From: an uncultured bacterium
GTDB taxonomy: Bacteria; Patescibacteriota; Saccharimonadia; UBA4664
DNA length: 64,000 nucleotides
Assembly (NCBI GenBank): GCA_963720265.1
Contig: CAVRET010000002.1
Span: 264,704 to 328,703, forward strand
Direction of reading: 5' to 3'
Made by a program: the position numbers and the translations under genes. The notes under the pieces were generated by a model, which was not told the DNA's origin, ran no database searches, and was given only the letters and a program-made list of their open reading frames with translations. Of this stretch, positions 45,515-55,572 are shown one piece after another (the first letter of the stretch is position 1; every line of letters starts with the position of its first letter).

Positions 45515-46559
45515 TCACACTATGCGGCCGCGGCCACGCCCGTGTTACGCTATCCGCATTAGTCGTGGTAATAAGCGTTTGGTGGTCATTGAGCCGCTCC
45601 AGCAAATACCCGCGCCGTCTGCCGTCGAGCTCGCTAAACACATCATCAAGCAACAGCACCGGCCGTACCCCGGTTTGCAGTTCGGCATACGCCAGTTCCG
45701 CCAATTTCATTGCCAGCACCACTGTCCGCACTTCACCGCGCGATGCTACGGCCATAATGTCGTTATTCTTGAACGCGACCTTAAAGTCCTCGCGATGCGG
45801 CCCAATGGTTGTAAATCCAGCCGCGAGGTCACGCGGCAAGTTGCGCGTGAGCGTCTCAGCAAACCCTTCAGCATAATCACCGCTCACGCTTGGCATATAG
45901 CTAAATACGACCGGCTCATGACCACCCGCCACATCGGCGTACAAATCCGGCACCATACGGTTTAGCGCCATAATCAGTTCCTGTCGCCGCCGGTAAATTT
46001 CGGTCGCAAGTTCCGCCAAACGCAAATCCCAAGTAAAAATCTGTTCCCGGATTTGCCCAACCTCAAAATTGCTAAGAAGTGCGTTCCGCTGCTTCAGCAC
46101 CCGCCGGTATTGCTGCAACGTAGTAAGGTATGTCCGGTCGGTCTGGCTCAGCAAAAAATCTAGGTACCGCCGCCGCCCCTCCGGCGGACCGGCCACCAGC
46201 TCCAGCTCGGTCGGCTCAAACAGCGTAATTTGCAACGTTCCGACATGCCCGGACAGCGGCCGAGTCACGCCGTCGTGTGTTACTTTCTTGGTCACCGCCC
46301 CGCCAGCCGTACTCATGCCCAATGCATATTCTACGTCGCCCACTCGCGCCACCAACCGAAAGTAGTCCTGCTCGTGCCGCACCAGGTCGCGGTCATGTGC
46401 CCGAAAGCTCTTGGTTACCGCGAGCACATACAGGCTCTCAAGCAAATTGGTTTTACCACTGGCATTTGGCCCGGCCACGATGGTCACATCGGGGTGCAAC
46501 GCAAACTCTGCCTGCTCGTACGAGCGGAAATTCGTTAATGCCAGACCCTCAACCCTCAT
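45468..46559 (-). CDS. recF: DNA replication and repair protein RecF
   Basis: MRVEGLALTNFRSY start, Walker A GPNASGKTN, C-terminal signature LLLDDVFSELD. Start trimmed to MRVEG; the track ORF extends to 46619. Confidence 0.92.
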   Translation of the reverse strand: MRVEGLALTNFRSYEQAEFALHPDVTIVAGPNASGKTNLLESLYVLAVTKSFRAHDRDLVRHEQDYFRLVARVGDVEYALGMSTAGGAVTKKVTHDGVTRPLSGHVGTLQITLFEPTELELVAGPPEGRRRYLDFLLSQTDRTYLTTLQQYRRVLKQRNALLSNFEVGQIREQIFTWDLRLAELATEIYRRRQELIMALNRMVPDLYADVAGGHEPVVFSYMPSVSGDYAEGFAETLTRNLPRDLAAGFTTIGPHREDFKVAFKNNDIMAVASRGEVRTVVLAMKLAELAYAELQTGVRPVLLLDDVFSELDGRRRGYLLERLNDHQTLITTTNADSVTRAWPRPHSVIETGHTMPPSEVSHA

Positions 46560-46842
46560 TGTTCTATTGTATCTGATTACAGGGCACAAAAAATTCCAGC
46601 CCGAGTAGCTGAAACGCACCTAAACAGCAGCGAGGCCCGGACGCGTGGATCACATGGATCGCACGCGCCGGGCACAACGTACAAGTGTATGCATCACGTG
46701 CTCCTTCCAGGAGCCTAGACATCCCTATATATAACCTTAAGCTTCGAGCGTTTGGGATTAAAAAACTCCCTCAACTCGCCATACATAATAGAACATTAAG
46801 ATAAAAAAGTCAATAAAGCTTAGCCTTACTTGAGCAAAAAAA

Positions 46843-47952
46843 TTAAGTCCGCAACGGCATCACAATGTGTAGGTAATCATCTTTCACATCGTCGCCGGTA
46901 GGGGAGAGTACACACGCGCTCAGCTTGCCACTAATTGCAAACCGCACCTCGGGCGACTTCATTACCGCCAGCGCATCAGTCAGGTAGCGCGCATTCAGCG
47001 AAATCTCACCATCATCACCACTCACGTCGCATTCTGCCGAGCTCGTATTGCCGCCCACCTCGGAATCACTCGTTACGATCTTAACCTCACCCTCAGCCCT
47101 AATCTCAAGCTTTATGCTTCCAGCGCTTTCCCGCGCAAACAAGCTAGCTACCTTGGTGATGCGCGCAAATTCCGCGGTATCAATATCAAATGAGCTCGTC
47201 ATCTTATTCGGAATAATCTGCCGGTAATTAGGAAAGCTGCCGTCAATCAGCCGGCTTACCAGCTCAACGTCACCGACCTTAAACATCACCTGGCCTTCAT
47301 CCAGATACACCTCAACCTCACCCTCGGCCTCGCCCAGCAGCCGCACCAGTTCCATCATGGTCTTTGCCGGGACAATCGCCGAAAGTGGGGCAGACGGCTC
47401 ATCCGTAAGCGTCAACTTCTTTTCCGCCAAGCGGTACGAATCCGTCGCTACAATGTAGAGCGTCTTATCCTCGGTGTACAAATACACGCCGGCCAGCACC
47501 GGCCGTGCCTCATCGGCCGACGCTGCCACAACCACTTGCGTCAGAGCCTCCTTGAGCGTCTCAGCATTCAAGGTCAGAACCGCATCGCTCGTAAGTGTTG
47601 GAATAAGGGGAAATTCGTCGGCTACAATACCGTTAATCTTCGACTCATAATGCGGACTCTTCACGGTTAGTACCGCCTCAGTAGCCGAAAGCTCAATGGT
47701 ACCCTTCGGCAGGCTCGACACAAACTCAGCAAACAGCCGCGCCGGTACCGTCAGTGAGCCCTGCTGCTCAACTTTTGAGCCAATCCAATAATTAATTCCG
47801 ATCTCTAGGTTGGTTGCCGACAGCCTCAGCCGGTTCCCATCGGTCACCAAGAGTACATTCGATAGCACCGGCAAACTAGTCCGGGTCGACACCACTCGGC
47901 CCACACTACTGAGCGCCCGTGCCAGATTTTCCTGGGTCAGACTTAAGCGCAC
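46843..47952 (-). CDS. dnaN: DNA polymerase III beta sliding clamp
   Basis: MRLSLTQENLARAL start, 369 aa, three-domain clamp. Confidence 0.93.
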   Translation of the reverse strand: MRLSLTQENLARALSSVGRVVSTRTSLPVLSNVLLVTDGNRLRLSATNLEIGINYWIGSKVEQQGSLTVPARLFAEFVSSLPKGTIELSATEAVLTVKSPHYESKINGIVADEFPLIPTLTSDAVLTLNAETLKEALTQVVVAASADEARPVLAGVYLYTEDKTLYIVATDSYRLAEKKLTLTDEPSAPLSAIVPAKTMMELVRLLGEAEGEVEVYLDEGQVMFKVGDVELVSRLIDGSFPNYRQIIPNKMTSSFDIDTAEFARITKVASLFARESAGSIKLEIRAEGEVKIVTSDSEVGGNTSSAECDVSGDDGEISLNARYLTDALAVMKSPEVRFAISGKLSACVLSPTGDDVKDDYLHIVMPLRT

Positions 47953-48298
47953 CTTTTCCCCTTATTAACACTTATTATTTATGACTATTATAGCTATATA
48001 TCTGTAAAACATCATCATAGTAATAGTAATAAGGCTTGTGTAATGTGGGTAAAACTCGCTTTTCCGCTTAAGCTGAGCAATAAAACGCTTATGCCAGTTC
48101 GGGGAAAACTGGTGTGTAACATCGTTGCACGCTGGGCAGAACACTGTGGGTATTCAATCTCGCGTCTGGCCAAGGTGTGCAAAATGCTTATGCACTCCAC
48201 GGTTCATCCCCCAAGTTTCCCCAGACTTCCCAGGATTTGAAATTCCCGGTACATATCGGGTAAGGTGCATGCACCCGGCTCCAGACAGGAGAAAGTGT
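47953..48298. promoter_or_regulatory. AT-rich dnaA-dnaN intergenic region, candidate DNA-unwinding element / second oriC module
   Basis: 47953-48060 is strongly AT-rich (ttattaacacttattatttatgactattatagctatatatctgtaaaac) in a ~60% GC genome. Degenerate DnaA-box-like 9-mers (TTATGCACT) nearby. Confidence 0.4.
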
Positions 48299-48742
48299 AT
48301 GTACGAGAAATATTCCGATGCCGCCCGACGCGTCGTTGTTCTGGCGCAGGAACAGTGTCTCGCGCTCGGACACCCCACAATTGGGACTGGGCATATCCTG
48401 CTCGGTCTGCTACTTGAAGAATACGGAGTGGCCGGCCGGGTGCTGAGGTCGCTTGGCATTACGGGTGATCAGGTTCGCAGGCATCTGGCTCCGGCCGGCG
48501 AGCCGGTACGGCCACGGTCGAGTGCAAAGGTCCCGTTCACATATACGGCCGAACGGCTCCTCAACATCTCGCCTGATGCGCTAATAACCGGCACCAGCGA
48601 AACTGGGACCGAGCATCTACTGCTCGGCATAATCAGGCTGGACGAGTGCGACGCCGCGCTGGCTCTGCTCCGGCTCGGGGTTTCGGACGATCAGCTCAGG
48701 CGCTGCATCAACGACGAGCGGGCCGTACCGCTTCCTGACTGA
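48299..48742 (+). CDS. stand-alone Clp N-terminal (Clp_N double repeat) domain protein
   Basis: Two Clp_N repeats (ARRVVVLAQEQCLALGHPTIGTGHILLGLLLEE and ERLLNISPDALITGTSETGTEHLLLGIIR). AGGAGA ribosome-binding site 7 nt upstream of the ATG at 48299. No AAA+ module follows. Confidence 0.6.
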   Translation: MYEKYSDAARRVVVLAQEQCLALGHPTIGTGHILLGLLLEEYGVAGRVLRSLGITGDQVRRHLAPAGEPVRPRSSAKVPFTYTAERLLNISPDALITGTSETGTEHLLLGIIRLDECDAALALLRLGVSDDQLRRCINDERAVPLPD

Positions 48743-48804
48743 AACCCATCCACCCGCACCCGGCGGTAGCGCTCACAGATGAAGCGCTACCGCCGGAGTT
48801 ACGT

Positions 48805-50217
48805 TTACACCTGCACCGTGCTCAGTCGCTCGCGCAAACTCTGCACGTCCGCGCGCAAATTTTCATCTGTCTCAATCTGTCGCTCCACCTTGCGTACCGA
48901 ATGAATGGCCGTGGTGTGGTCCCGCCCACCAACGGCCGCCGCAATCTTGGGGTAACTTAAGCTCATAATGTCGTGCATGAGAAACATTGCCACCTGCCTA
49001 GGCGCCACAATGTCTTTATCGCGCTTCGGCCCGCACAGATCCGGCACCGATACATCATAGTAGCCCGCCACTCGCTCCAAAATTGCCTTGGCCGTGGTCG
49101 GCCTGAGCTTCGGCCGCGCCGCCACCTCGCTCGCGAGCAATTGTTGAACCCGATGCAGGCTCGGCTCAGTGTGGTTATGTTCGCAATCGGCCAGGACCTT
49201 GGTGAGTGTACCCTCGAGCTCGCGAATGTTGCTTTGAGCGTGCCGGGCAATAAAGTCCACCACCTCAAGCGGAAACACCACGGCGCTCGCCTGTGATTTG
49301 GCCTGAATAATCGCCGCCCGCGTCTCTAGGTCCGGTGGCTGGATATCGACCGTAATCCCCATCGCAAACCGGCTCCGCAGTCGGTCCTCAATCTGCATCA
49401 ATTGCTGCGGCGGCTTATCACTTGAGATAATAATCTGCTTATTGGCCTGGTGTAGTGCGTTAAAGGTGTGGAAGAACTCGTCTTGCGTCTTCTCTTTGCC
49501 GGCCAAAAACTGCATGTCATCAATGATCAGCACATCCACATTGCGGTACTTATCGGTAAATGCCGAGTTCTTCTTTTTCTGAATCGCGTTAATAAACTCG
49601 TTCGTAAACGACTCAATGCTCACATATTCAATCCGTTTCGTCGCGTCGCGTTCCAAAATCGCGTTGCCCACGGCTTGCATGAGATGGGTCTTGCCCAAGC
49701 CCACGCCACCATAAATAAAGAGGGGATTGTACTTTGTGCCCGGGTTCTTGGCCACGGCCTGCGCCGCCGCATGCGCAAAGTCGTTCGACGAGCCGACCAC
49801 AAACGTATCAAACACATAACGCGGATTAAGGTTCGAATTGGCCACCGGTACAGCCTGCAAACTGGTTTGCGCTGGATTATGGTCCACTACCCGTCCGGCG
49901 CTGCGGGCACCACCCGGCTTCACTGCGGTCGCCGGAGCGGCGCCCTCGGCTTTACCCACCACCCGGTACTCCACCGTGTGAATCTGGCCGTCCAGCTTCG
50001 CCAAGGCTTCCTTAATCTGGCTGTGGTATTTATTCTCGAGCCACTGCTTGTTAAAAATATTGGGCACGCCCACCACCACCCGGCCGGCCTCATTGGAAAC
50101 GATGTACGTTGGCTTCAACCACGTCAGGTAATGTCCCCGGGTCACGCTGAGCTCCAGCTCACCAAGGACAGACCGCCACAACCCCTTCACATCTTGCACG
50201 TACTCACCACTCCTCAA
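48805..50217 (-). CDS. dnaA: chromosomal replication initiator DnaA
   Basis: AAA+ Walker A GGVGLGKTHL, box VII, C-terminal domain IV HTH. 470 aa. Confidence 0.95.
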   Translation of the reverse strand: MRSGEYVQDVKGLWRSVLGELELSVTRGHYLTWLKPTYIVSNEAGRVVVGVPNIFNKQWLENKYHSQIKEALAKLDGQIHTVEYRVVGKAEGAAPATAVKPGGARSAGRVVDHNPAQTSLQAVPVANSNLNPRYVFDTFVVGSSNDFAHAAAQAVAKNPGTKYNPLFIYGGVGLGKTHLMQAVGNAILERDATKRIEYVSIESFTNEFINAIQKKKNSAFTDKYRNVDVLIIDDMQFLAGKEKTQDEFFHTFNALHQANKQIIISSDKPPQQLMQIEDRLRSRFAMGITVDIQPPDLETRAAIIQAKSQASAVVFPLEVVDFIARHAQSNIRELEGTLTKVLADCEHNHTEPSLHRVQQLLASEVAARPKLRPTTAKAILERVAGYYDVSVPDLCGPKRDKDIVAPRQVAMFLMHDIMSLSYPKIAAAVGGRDHTTAIHSVRKVERQIETDENLRADVQSLRERLSTVQV

Positions 50218-50284
50218 ACGTTACCTTCGATCATAAAGAACCCAAGCTTTTTCCACAACGCTGACAACCCCTGGCATTTCGTGG

Positions 50285-50345
50285 TCTGACTTATCCACTA
50301 AAACCGAACGCTTACAGATAGAGAGCCGGTGGATAAACCGCAAGC
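50285..50345. promoter_or_regulatory. oriC candidate: paired DnaA boxes in the dnaA-rpmH intergenic region
   Basis: TTATCCACT at 50291-50299 and the inverse TTATCCACC (as ggtggataa, 50328-50336). An AT-rich patch at 50400-50440 lies downstream. Confidence 0.5.
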
Positions 50346-50850
50346 TGTTTGGGGACAAAAGCAGGGGATAGCCTGAGGAAACTAGACAGATAGGAGTATA
50401 AGGGTCATAATAATACAGTTCGATTGACAATCTGCCCGATACGAGGACAGTTTTTCATCCGCCACCGAGGGCTTACTCCATCAATGGAGCTCAAAATGCT
50501 CTGAACAGGAGGTGGCCCCAATGGCTTCCGACAACAGTACCAGGACCGTCGCCGGCTTCTTCGACATGAACACCGATGACGCCGTCTGGAACGACTGGGC
50601 GACAATCGAGAACATGTTGTAGGCGCTCAAGCAGCGCCTACATGAGGCGTGGTCGTACACGAATCCTGAGTTTCGCCACATCGTGCGCTGGCTCGCGCAT
50701 CTCCAGGGCGGAGTCATCTTCACCGCGCTGCCCGAGCACTCAAGTTATAATGCTTGAGCTTTCAGGTGACACCCGAGTGCGTGAGTACCGCAACCAAAGC
50801 GGTGCCACACCGTTGACGGATCCTCCCAGATACCGTAAACTAGCTCCGTT

Positions 50851-50988
50851 ATGTCAAAGCGAACATACCAACCCAAGAAACGCCGCCGTCAGCGCGTCCA
50901 CGGCTTCATGAGCCGCATGGCCACGCGTGCCGGACGGTTGGTATTAAAGCGCCGGCGCCTCAAGGGCCGGAACCGCGTCGCCATTTAG
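50851..50988 (+). CDS. rpmH: 50S ribosomal protein L34
   Basis: 45 aa [45 protein letters not shown]. Below the 60-aa track cutoff. Confidence 0.9.
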   Translation: MSKRTYQPKKRRRQRVHGFMSRMATRAGRLVLKRRRLKGRNRVAI

Positions 50989-50999
50989 CCTCAGGAATT

Positions 51000-51344
51000 A
51001 TGCTTGCCAAACCCTATCGTCTCCGTTCCAGCGCTGATATTGCGCGGGTCTACAAACGTGGGCAGTATGGTGCAAGCCAAGGGGTGATTTCAGTTAAGGC
51101 GGCGGCGTCCGGCCGTAATTATTGTCGCGCGGTCATTGTGGTAAGCAAAAAAGTCGACAAGCGGGCCGTGGTTCGCAATCGTATTCGTCGCCGCCTTGCC
51201 AGTGAACTTGAGCGCCGCTGGGCGACACTGACGCCGGGTTACGATATAGTGGTAAGTGTCCATTCAGATATTAGTATGTTGCCCGCGCCCGAGCTTAAAG
51301 AGCATCTAACGCGGGCACTTACAAAGGTTGGTCTGAATACTTAA
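51000..51344 (+). CDS. rnpA: ribonuclease P protein component
   Basis: 114 aa, basic, VSKKVDKRAVVRNRIRRRL motif, directly after rpmH. Confidence 0.85.
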   Translation: MLAKPYRLRSSADIARVYKRGQYGASQGVISVKAAASGRNYCRAVIVVSKKVDKRAVVRNRIRRRLASELERRWATLTPGYDIVVSVHSDISMLPAPELKEHLTRALTKVGLNT

Positions 51345-51368
51345 AGGTTTGGAGCAAACGTTTCGCCC

Positions 51369-52184
51369 ATGTGGTTTACCGTCATCTTAATTCAGCCCAT
51401 TTTTAATCTGCTGGCGCTCATCTACGCGGTGGTACACGATTTTGGCCTGGCCATCATTATCCTCACCATTCTGATCCGCGGGCTGCTCTGGCCGCTTGTT
51501 AGCCGCCAACTCCATTCCCAGCGCGCACTCCAAGACCTCCAACCTGAACTCAAGAAAATTAAAGACCAGGCCAAAGGCGACCGTCAGCTCGAAGGCAAGC
51601 TCACTATGGAGCTCTACAAAGAGCGCGAGATCAACCCGTTTGCGTCATTTTTGCCCCTGCTCATCCAGTTACCCATCTTCTTCGCTCTGTTTGTCGTCCT
51701 GAAGGATGTTACCCATGTCCAGGACATTGAAAAGCTAGCCTACCCATTTGTGAAGCATCTGCCCGCCATCGCCGAGATTATTGATAAGAAGATCGCCTTC
51801 CATCCCACGTTTCTTGGGTTTATTAATCTGACCAAACCGTCGTGGGTGTTAGCCCTGCTGGCCGGTCTAGCGCAGTTTGTGCAAACCAAGCAAATTACAC
51901 CCAAGGCGCAGCCGGACGATCAACAGGCCCAAATGATGGCCGGCATGGTGTATATCTTTCCTGTGCTAACATTCTTCATTGGTCTGTCGCTGCCGTCCGC
52001 GCTGTCGTTGTATTGGACCACCGCGAGCCTCATGGCCATTTTGCAGCAATACCTCGTGCTGGGACGAGACGTCCAAGAGATGGAAGAGGCCATCGACGCT
52101 CTGCCCGCAGGGGCAGCTTCGAAGTCGGGGTCTGGGCGTTCCAAAGCGAAGAGTCAGGGTAAAAAGAAGGAGGCAAAAGCATGA
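51369..52184 (+). CDS. yidC: membrane protein insertase YidC/Oxa1 (short Gram-positive/CPR-type form)
   Basis: 271 aa, 5 TM helices, conserved LTILIRGLLWPL in the first helix, Lys-rich C-terminal tail. Confidence 0.85.
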   Translation: MWFTVILIQPIFNLLALIYAVVHDFGLAIIILTILIRGLLWPLVSRQLHSQRALQDLQPELKKIKDQAKGDRQLEGKLTMELYKEREINPFASFLPLLIQLPIFFALFVVLKDVTHVQDIEKLAYPFVKHLPAIAEIIDKKIAFHPTFLGFINLTKPSWVLALLAGLAQFVQTKQITPKAQPDDQQAQMMAGMVYIFPVLTFFIGLSLPSALSLYWTTASLMAILQQYLVLGRDVQEMEEAIDALPAGAASKSGSGRSKAKSQGKKKEAKA

Positions 52185-52639
52185 CTGACACGACCGAACT
52201 TGCCAAGCAGCGACTCGAGGAATTAGTCGCCTTCTTTGGCGCCAACGTCGAGGTCGAGGTAAAACTGACCGACGACGGCATTGAGCTCAATATTGACACT
52301 ACTCCGGCGAGCCCCAAGCTTATCGGTCATCGCGGTGACACCTTGCGCGCTCTCGAATTTCTGGTTGGCCAAATGGTTAAGCGTGAGGATCCATCCGCAC
52401 CCCGCATTCTCTTGGACATCGCCGGCTACAAGCAAGCCCGTCGCGATTCGCTAATGCAGCTCGCCGCTGACATCGCCGAGCGCGTCAAATCCACCCAGCA
52501 AGAGGAAGAACTCAAGCCCATGAACCCGGCCGAACGCCGCATCGTCCACATCGCCTTGCGCGAGATCGACGGCGTCGAAACCGAATCCCGCGGCATCGAC
52601 CGTGAGCGCCGCATTGTCATCAAGCCCATCACCACCTAA
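52181..52639 (+). CDS. jag: Jag/KhpB-like RNA-binding protein (KH plus R3H domains)
   Basis: R3H motif MNPAERRIVHIALREIDGVETES, 4-nt overlap with yidC. Confidence 0.8.
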   Translation: MTDTTELAKQRLEELVAFFGANVEVEVKLTDDGIELNIDTTPASPKLIGHRGDTLRALEFLVGQMVKREDPSAPRILLDIAGYKQARRDSLMQLAADIAERVKSTQQEEELKPMNPAERRIVHIALREIDGVETESRGIDRERRIVIKPITT

Positions 52640-52654
52640 TTAAACACGCGGCTG

Positions 52655-53794
52655 CTAGCGCCCGGCAGTACGGTAAACCTGAAGCGTGGTTTCGGCAACC
52701 GTGTCCCAGGAAAATTCGCCTACCCGTTTGCGGCCGCGTTGCGTAAGCAAAAGCCGTAGCTTGTCGGAGCTAAGCAGTGTTGTCATCTTGGCCGTCAGTT
52801 CAGTCGTGTTGCCGGGATCAAAATACTCGGCCGCATCGCCATATACTTCGGGCAGACACGATGCCCTGGCCGCCAGCACCGGCACACCCGCTGCCATGGC
52901 CTCGAGTCCCTGCAAGCCAAAGCCCTCGGATAACGACGGGTTCACATACAAGCTGGCAGCGGCATACAGCATGCGCAAATCCTCGTCGCTCACCGCACCA
53001 GTAAATATCACGCGCTGATCGAGCTTCAAGCCCGCCACCCGCTGTTTTAGCAATTCGCGGAAATAATCATTCCGACCCACCACCACCAGTTTTAGGCCGA
53101 CCCGAGCGCCCACCGCCCCTGCAAATGCATCTACCAGCCGGTCGACGTTCTTGTACGGGTAGCAATTACCCACATACAGTACATAATTGCCGCCCTCAAG
53201 ACCCAGCCGCTGCATGAGCGCGGCGGCAGCATTTTGGGAGACCTCATGCTGCGCCGGCTCATCCATGGCCTCGGGCGTAACGGTAATGCGCTTAGGCGGC
53301 AAATTATAGCGCTGCACCAGCTGTCGCTTCACATAATCGGTTGGGGTAAAAATTGTACGCGAATGCTTGACACCCCACCACAAAACGAAGCGAAATGGTA
53401 ATTTTTTAGCTTCGTGAAGCCATTTTTCGAACCCTTTACCTCGCGCCGTTGAATACAGCAGCAAGGTTAGGTCGTGTACGGTAGTGACCCGCCGTCTAAA
53501 GTACAGCAGGGGAGCGTTGGGTGCCGGAAAGTGCACTACATCCGGCCGCAGTGTGTACAATTTCCACGCCAGGCCCAACTGCTCGGCCAGAGAGTAGGGG
53601 AGGGCAGGGGCTAATACTTTGCGAAAGTTCTTACGCTCCGGCTCATAATCATTCCAGTTTTCGCGTCCCACTAGGACCACATATTCGTTTTCAGTATCGA
53701 GCCGTTCGAGCTCAGCCAACAAATGCTGCAAATAGCGCCCAATGCCGGTCCAACGCCGCGGCCCGTACATTCTGGCGTCGATCACAATTCTCAT
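52655..53794 (-). CDS. glycosyltransferase family 4 (GT-B, group 1)
   Basis: EX7E-type motif SLSEGFGLQGLEAMAAGVPVL. 379 aa. Confidence 0.8.
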   Translation of the reverse strand: MRIVIDARMYGPRRWTGIGRYLQHLLAELERLDTENEYVVLVGRENWNDYEPERKNFRKVLAPALPYSLAEQLGLAWKLYTLRPDVVHFPAPNAPLLYFRRRVTTVHDLTLLLYSTARGKGFEKWLHEAKKLPFRFVLWWGVKHSRTIFTPTDYVKRQLVQRYNLPPKRITVTPEAMDEPAQHEVSQNAAAALMQRLGLEGGNYVLYVGNCYPYKNVDRLVDAFAGAVGARVGLKLVVVGRNDYFRELLKQRVAGLKLDQRVIFTGAVSDEDLRMLYAAASLYVNPSLSEGFGLQGLEAMAAGVPVLAARASCLPEVYGDAAEYFDPGNTTELTAKMTTLLSSDKLRLLLTQRGRKRVGEFSWDTVAETTLQVYRTAGR

Positions 53795-54483
53795 ACGGGC
53801 GACCCGCCGCCCAGCCGTTTGCGCAGTTTCTTGGCCCGCTTCACCACCGCGGTGCCGGCGTGCACGAGCATATTGGCGCGGTTCGTTGCAAACTCCGCCG
53901 CGCGCAAATTCTTGGCAAATTCCTCAGCACTCGCAAACGGCTTGATCAGGCAGGTTGCATTACCATACTCAGTGGTCCAATGCGCATCGCTCACCACATA
54001 ACCGTGCAGCTTATTGCGCGCCACAAATTGTGCTGCAGCCTCATTATCAGCCGCAAACACGCACCGAGCGTTAAATACCTCCACAAAATCCACGTCGTGC
54101 TTGATCCGCTCCAGCACCGCACCGCCCATGGCCTCGTGCCTCAGTCGGTCAAACGGGTGGGGGACCATGGCCAGGCCGCCTTGGGCATGGATCTGCCTGA
54201 TCGTTTCTTCGACCGGCAGCCGCGGCTCAATCCGCTCTGTTAAAAACAATCCAATCAAGTCGCCGTCAGCCGTCGCAATCTCTTCGCCCACAATCACGCG
54301 TAAACCTTCCGGAGCCATCGCGCTCAATCTCACCGCGCCTGCGATTTCGTTGTGGTCGGTCAGTGCTACCACATCCACACCCGCTCGCCGGCACGCCTCA
54401 ACCAGCCGTGTGAGCTTCAAATTCGAGTCCTTTGAGTAATAACTGTGGCAGTGCAAATCCGCCCGTAAGCTATCCTGGCTCAC
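53791..54483 (-). CDS. PHP-domain metal-dependent phosphoesterase
   Basis: LRADLHCHSYYSKDSN...VVALTDHNEIAGA is the N-terminal His-rich PHP motif. 230 aa. Confidence 0.7.
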   Translation of the reverse strand: MSQDSLRADLHCHSYYSKDSNLKLTRLVEACRRAGVDVVALTDHNEIAGAVRLSAMAPEGLRVIVGEEIATADGDLIGLFLTERIEPRLPVEETIRQIHAQGGLAMVPHPFDRLRHEAMGGAVLERIKHDVDFVEVFNARCVFAADNEAAAQFVARNKLHGYVVSDAHWTTEYGNATCLIKPFASAEEFAKNLRAAEFATNRANMLVHAGTAVVKRAKKLRKRLGGGSPV

Positions 54484-54492
54484 ATAACCTCG

Positions 54493-55554
54493 CTAAAAAA
54501 CTTGCTTGGCCACGCCCAAAATACCCTGCTTCCACGGCACCCGGTGCGTCACGCCCGATTGGTGGGCAAATTTGTCATAATTGGCCAAATACCATTGGTA
54601 GTTACGCACCATCGCTTGCTTGTTCGAATACTTGGGAGCATAGCCCAGCACTGTTTGCGCCTTCTCAATCGATACAAACGAATCTTTCGATGCCGTTTCG
54701 TACACCCACTTATAAAGAGGGGAGATGTGCAGCGCTTCAAGTACCCGTAGGGTAAAAATCGCCGGTCCGGCCGGCAAACCAATGATGTGTTTGCCGTGGC
54801 CCGCCTCGTCCAGCACTGCTTGGTAATCTTCTCGCATGGTCGTAAATTCCTTCGCGCCGATGTTAAACACATCGTTGGCCGCATCGGCCGGCCTCGTCAT
54901 GCACAAGTAAATCGCTTCACACAAATCCTCAACATCAAGCAACTGGTAGCGGTTCTTGCCGTTGCCAAGAATAGGGAAGTTGTGCCCATCGCGTGCCCAG
55001 TCGTAAAACAGCGCAAACACCCCCAGTCGCTCCGGCCCCACAAACGATTTGGGTCGCACAATGGAAACCACCAGGCCCTTATCGCGAAAACTGGCCGCCA
55101 GTTTTTCGGCCTCAATCTTGGCCTTACCATACGGCCCCACGCCGACCATCGGGTCAGTCTCATACAACGGGTGGTGATCCGGTACGCCGTAAACTGCCGT
55201 TGATGAAATATAGACAACACGCTCCACCTTGTTGGCCAGCGCCGCCTCCATCACATTGCGCGTGCCGTCCACGTCGGTCGTGCGAATGTCGTGTTCGCTA
55301 TACAACGGCAACGCTGCTGCCGTATGCACCACAAAGTCGCTCCCAGCCATTGCTTTTACGAGGGCTTCCTTGTCCCGAATATCACCCGTCACCTCGGCAA
55401 TCTTATCCTTTTCTGGGTAATCGAACGGTAAGAGGTCATAAGACACCACCCTATACCCCTTGTCAAGCAAATGCCGAACCAAATTAATTCCTAGAAATCC
55501 AGCGCCGCCGGTAACAAAAACCGTCTTTTGCGGTTGCCCCATATCATCTCCCAT
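54493..55554 (-). CDS. NAD-dependent epimerase/dehydratase (extended SDR)
   Basis: Rossmann VFVTGGAGFLGINLV and catalytic YGKAK. 353 aa. Confidence 0.85.
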   Translation of the reverse strand: MGDDMGQPQKTVFVTGGAGFLGINLVRHLLDKGYRVVSYDLLPFDYPEKDKIAEVTGDIRDKEALVKAMAGSDFVVHTAAALPLYSEHDIRTTDVDGTRNVMEAALANKVERVVYISSTAVYGVPDHHPLYETDPMVGVGPYGKAKIEAEKLAASFRDKGLVVSIVRPKSFVGPERLGVFALFYDWARDGHNFPILGNGKNRYQLLDVEDLCEAIYLCMTRPADAANDVFNIGAKEFTTMREDYQAVLDEAGHGKHIIGLPAGPAIFTLRVLEALHISPLYKWVYETASKDSFVSIEKAQTVLGYAPKYSNKQAMVRNYQWYLANYDKFAHQSGVTHRVPWKQGILGVAKQVF

Positions 55555-55572
55555 TATGCTGATTAATCTTTA

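Noticed and set aside
46620-46842. 220-bp recF-dnaN spacer as a possible additional DnaA-box cluster
   Set aside because: Only weak matches with at least 2 mismatches (e.g. GTGGATCAC). This is not convincing without a scoring tool.
49468-50289. 273-aa plus-strand ORF opposite dnaA
   Set aside because: Antisense to dnaA, which shows Walker A and domain IV motifs in the minus frame.
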